From positions 1-56,548 of the forward strand of contig NW_005434651.1 in assembly GCF_000315625.1 (NCBI RefSeq): 56,548 nt of DNA, written 5' to 3'. A program made the position numbers and the translations under genes. Positions 53,463 through 56,548 of the stretch are shown here, piece by piece. The DNA comes from Guillardia theta CCMP2712. Lineage: Eukaryota > Protista > Cryptophyta. Every line of letters starts with the position of its first letter. The stretch's first letter is position 1. Below the pieces are notes generated by a model. That model made no database searches and was not told the origin of the DNA. It saw only the letters and a program-made list of their open reading frames with translations.

Positions 53463-56391
53463 ATGCAAGCTCCGAGCATGCTTAGGTAGAAGCTTCATCT
53501 GCTCACCGCCTAGAGCTCCTCTCGAAGGAGCTGACGTGATGGCAGGTTGTCGGGGGACGGCGAGGTCTCGGACGAGGACCCTAACGGGCACGATCTCGGC
53601 TTCCTCTCTTTGTCTCAGGATATCCCAGCAACTGCCGAGCAACCTGCCATGGCAGGCGGTCAGAAACGACCGCGAAGCTCCTTGCAGGATGCGGTGCAGC
53701 CTATGAACGGCTTCAGCACGAACGCCGCGAACAACGCGAACACAGGTGCATGAAGAGACTGAGGGAGGGGCGGGAGGAGGAGGAGGAGGAGGAGGAGGAG
53801 GAGGAGAAAGACTTGACTATTTGATCTCCTTTTTTCGCAGGATTTGTGAACAAGTCGCATGAGAGGAGGTGAGACGAGATCAAAGAAGTCTTTAAGTTGC
53901 TGATTCTGTTGCTTGCAGTCCGTCCATCCTTACGGAAGACAGGAATGGAGTGAAGAGGCGGAGGGGTAAAGTTGTCTTCTCCTCTTCCTCGTGGCCTCAT
54001 GTCCTCTACAGGTCGACCAGTAGGATCAAAAGATCGCCAACCACGTGTGAAGCGCATGGTTGACACTCCTGAAAGTACGCAGACTGTCCTCCCTCCTCCC
54101 TCGCCCACTCCTGCCCTACTCCCTCTCTCTCTCCCTTCCTCGTTTTTCCACATCTGTCTTTAGCCTTCATATTCCGCCTCTTCCTTTCAATCTTTCCTCC
54201 GTCCTTTCTTCCTCTCCCCACACCCTTGCTGTTCTCCTCCTCAAAGTCTCCCACAGAGCAAGAGAGCGAGACGACGTCTGAGGCAGGAGTAAGGAAGAAG
54301 CCTTGGAAGATCATCCTCACAGCCGAGCAAGCCATCGAGATCTACCAGAAGAGGCCCAAGAGCGATTCTTCTCTTACCACCTCCAGCTGCCGTTCCAACG
54401 AGGTTTCTTCTTCTCTTTCCTCCTCCTTCGCCTTCTTCCTCTGTCTCCCCCCCCTCTCCTCCTCCTTCTCCTCGTCCTCCTCCTTACTCCCTCTTCTTCC
54501 GCCGCCTCCTACCAACATTCTCTTTCAGGTTGCCGAGCAATATGGGGTCAACTCTAAGACCATCAGGGACATCTGGAACAGGTCCAAACGCTGTTTCCCT
54601 TCTCCTCATCCCAAACACCATCCTCTTTTCTCTCGCCTTCCCTTCCACCTCCTGCTTTCTTTCTCCTTCCCTTGCCACCACCTCCTCTCTTTCTCATTCT
54701 CTTCCTCATGTTATGATTTCTTTCTTGCTCTCCTTTCCCTCTCGTTCCTCCGTCGGTGGGGCTAATGACAATATCAGGGCTACGTGGGTCAAGGCCACTC
54801 GAGAAGTTTGGACGGCAGAGGAAGAAGCCGAGTACGAGGAAGCGCAGATGTTTGAGAATCGGTTAGCCAACTCCTCTCCTCCTCCTCTCCTCCTCCTCCC
54901 TCGGTCTCTGGGTCTCTCGCTTTCCCTTAGTCCCTTGCACTCCTTCCTTCCCTTCGCTTCTCGTCTCTCTTCCCTTCCTTTTCTTCCGTGCTTCAAGCAC
55001 CTCTCCTCCTCTCCTCCTCTCCTCCTCTCCTCCTCTCCTCCTCGTTTTCATTCTTGTGTCTTCTCGTGACGAGCTTGCAGCGAGAGAAGCCAGGAGGCCT
55101 CAAGCGGCAGCAACACGGTGAGTCAACTTTTGCGCAGGGGGAGGGAGAGAGGAGGAGCTGAGGGTCCAGCAGACCCTGGAGCAAGATGGGAACAAGAGGG
55201 TCAGGGGACGACCCAAGGGAGCCAGAGACTCGCGTCCTCGGGGCAAGAAGAAGGTGGGAGGACGTCACTTCCTGCTTCTCTTCTCCTCACAGGCAGCGGC
55301 AGGACGGGTGGGAAGGAGCTGAGGGAAATGAATCCGAACAGCCCATGGTACTCAATATGAACCCTCCTGCTCACTCGGCGATGGCCGGACTGAATGTCAA
55401 TCGCCTGCTCTCCTACCATGAGTCGAGCCCCATGCCAAGGTGATTTCCTCCTTCCTCTTGCCCCTCTCCTCTGCTCTGCTCTGCTCCCCTCTCCTCTGCT
55501 CTCCCCTCGTCTCCCTGCCCTCCTCTTCAATTGACAACGAACTTTACAGCTTGGCGGCTCGGTCAGTCGGCAGCTCAACGACGTTGCAACAAAATAGCGA
55601 CAAGACGAGTTCGAATGCCTCCCATTCGCAGGTGCACAAACACCACCATCACATCACACCACCACCACCACCTCCTCCTTCCTCTTCCTGCTCCATCCTC
55701 CTCCTCCTCCCCTACTTCCTCCCTCCTCCTCCCCTACTTCCTCCCTCCTCCTCCCCCCCTCGCGTTTCACTATGTTCCGGTCTCCCAATCGTCTCCCCTC
55801 TTCTCCTCCCTTCCTTGCCCCTCTCATCTTTCTTTGCATGTTGCCTGCTGCTGACTGGGCACTTCCAGTCCTCTTCCTATCAATCTGACGAGAGTGCCAA
55901 TGGCTCCGGTATCTTCTTTCGCTTCCTCTTCCTCCTCCTCGCTCACCGCTTTCTCTTGCTCAGACGGCTCTGGCTCCGGAAGCTCTCCTCTTTTCCCCTT
56001 ACACGGGAGCAAGCGCTAGGTACCTTCATCCTCATCTTCACCTTTTCTCTTGCCTTCCCTCCTCCCCTCCCCTCCTGCTCTCCTCCTCCCCTTCTGCTCT
56101 CCTCCTCCTCGTGCTTCTCTTCTTTTCTTTGTTGCTGACGTTTCTATCCAAGGCAAGACGCGATGTTCTTTCCTCAGCAGCAGCAGCAGTTGGAGTTACG
56201 AACCCCCTATCCTGCTCCTCTACCTCCCGGTGAGCCTCCTTTCCTCCGGTCTAGCGAAGCTGACGAGCTTCCTTAGCAGCTCAGAGCAACCAAGCTCGTC
56301 CTCTGGATTTCCAGGCGCAACAAACCTGTCAGCTTCAACTCTTTTCTCTTCCTCTTCTCTCCTTTATTCCAACTTTATCATCATCTCCTCT

Positions 56392-56427
<36 letters not shown>

Positions 56428-56548
56428 CTCCCTCCCCCCCCTCTCCCCCTCGACCTGATTGATCGATCGCAGTCGCCAGCGCTGGCAGTGCATGGATGAG
56501 TTATCCTCCTCCTCAGCCCCAGGGGAATTCAGTATTCCCTCAGCCTTA
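53463..56548 (+). CDS. Multi-exon putative helix-turn-helix DNA-binding protein, running off the window end
   Basis: Spliced peptide ILTAEQAIEIYQKRP..VAEQYGVNSKTIRDIWN-R..TWVKATR (HTH pattern); pyrimidine-rich introns; start uncertain. Confidence 0.6.

Overview
Eukaryotic, intron-rich nuclear DNA. Short introns with CTGAC branch points, bipartite plastid/periplastid-type leaders and 'LRGG' leaders suggest a cryptophyte such as Guillardia theta (inference). In order, the window holds: a two-ORF non-LTR retrotransposon whose ORF2 fuses a Ulp1/C48 protease, an AP endonuclease and an RT; a 100-N assembly gap; a ROCO (ROC-COR)-TIR receptor-like gene; a BUB2-like TBC GAP; a P-type PPR gene; a leader-bearing NEMF/Rqc2 gene with a 21-bp minisatellite; an LRGG-leader unknown gene; a partial segmental duplication enclosing a Cys-rich membrane protein gene; a secreted protein gene with an internal domain duplication; and USP, LisH-WD40, FKBP, aldo-keto reductase and HTH genes. 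Main discovery: the apparent ~107-bp repeat upstream of the ROCO-TIR ORF (6858-8186) is an array of eleven 3-nt, single-codon microexons (AG|NNN|GTAAG). They are separated by homologous ~104-nt introns with distant branch points and AG-free zones, and they splice in frame onto the ROCO-TIR ORF. Near-identical cassettes carry different codons, so this is a candidate codon-by-codon diversification system for an immune-type receptor. The splicing is predicted from sequence only and needs transcript evidence.
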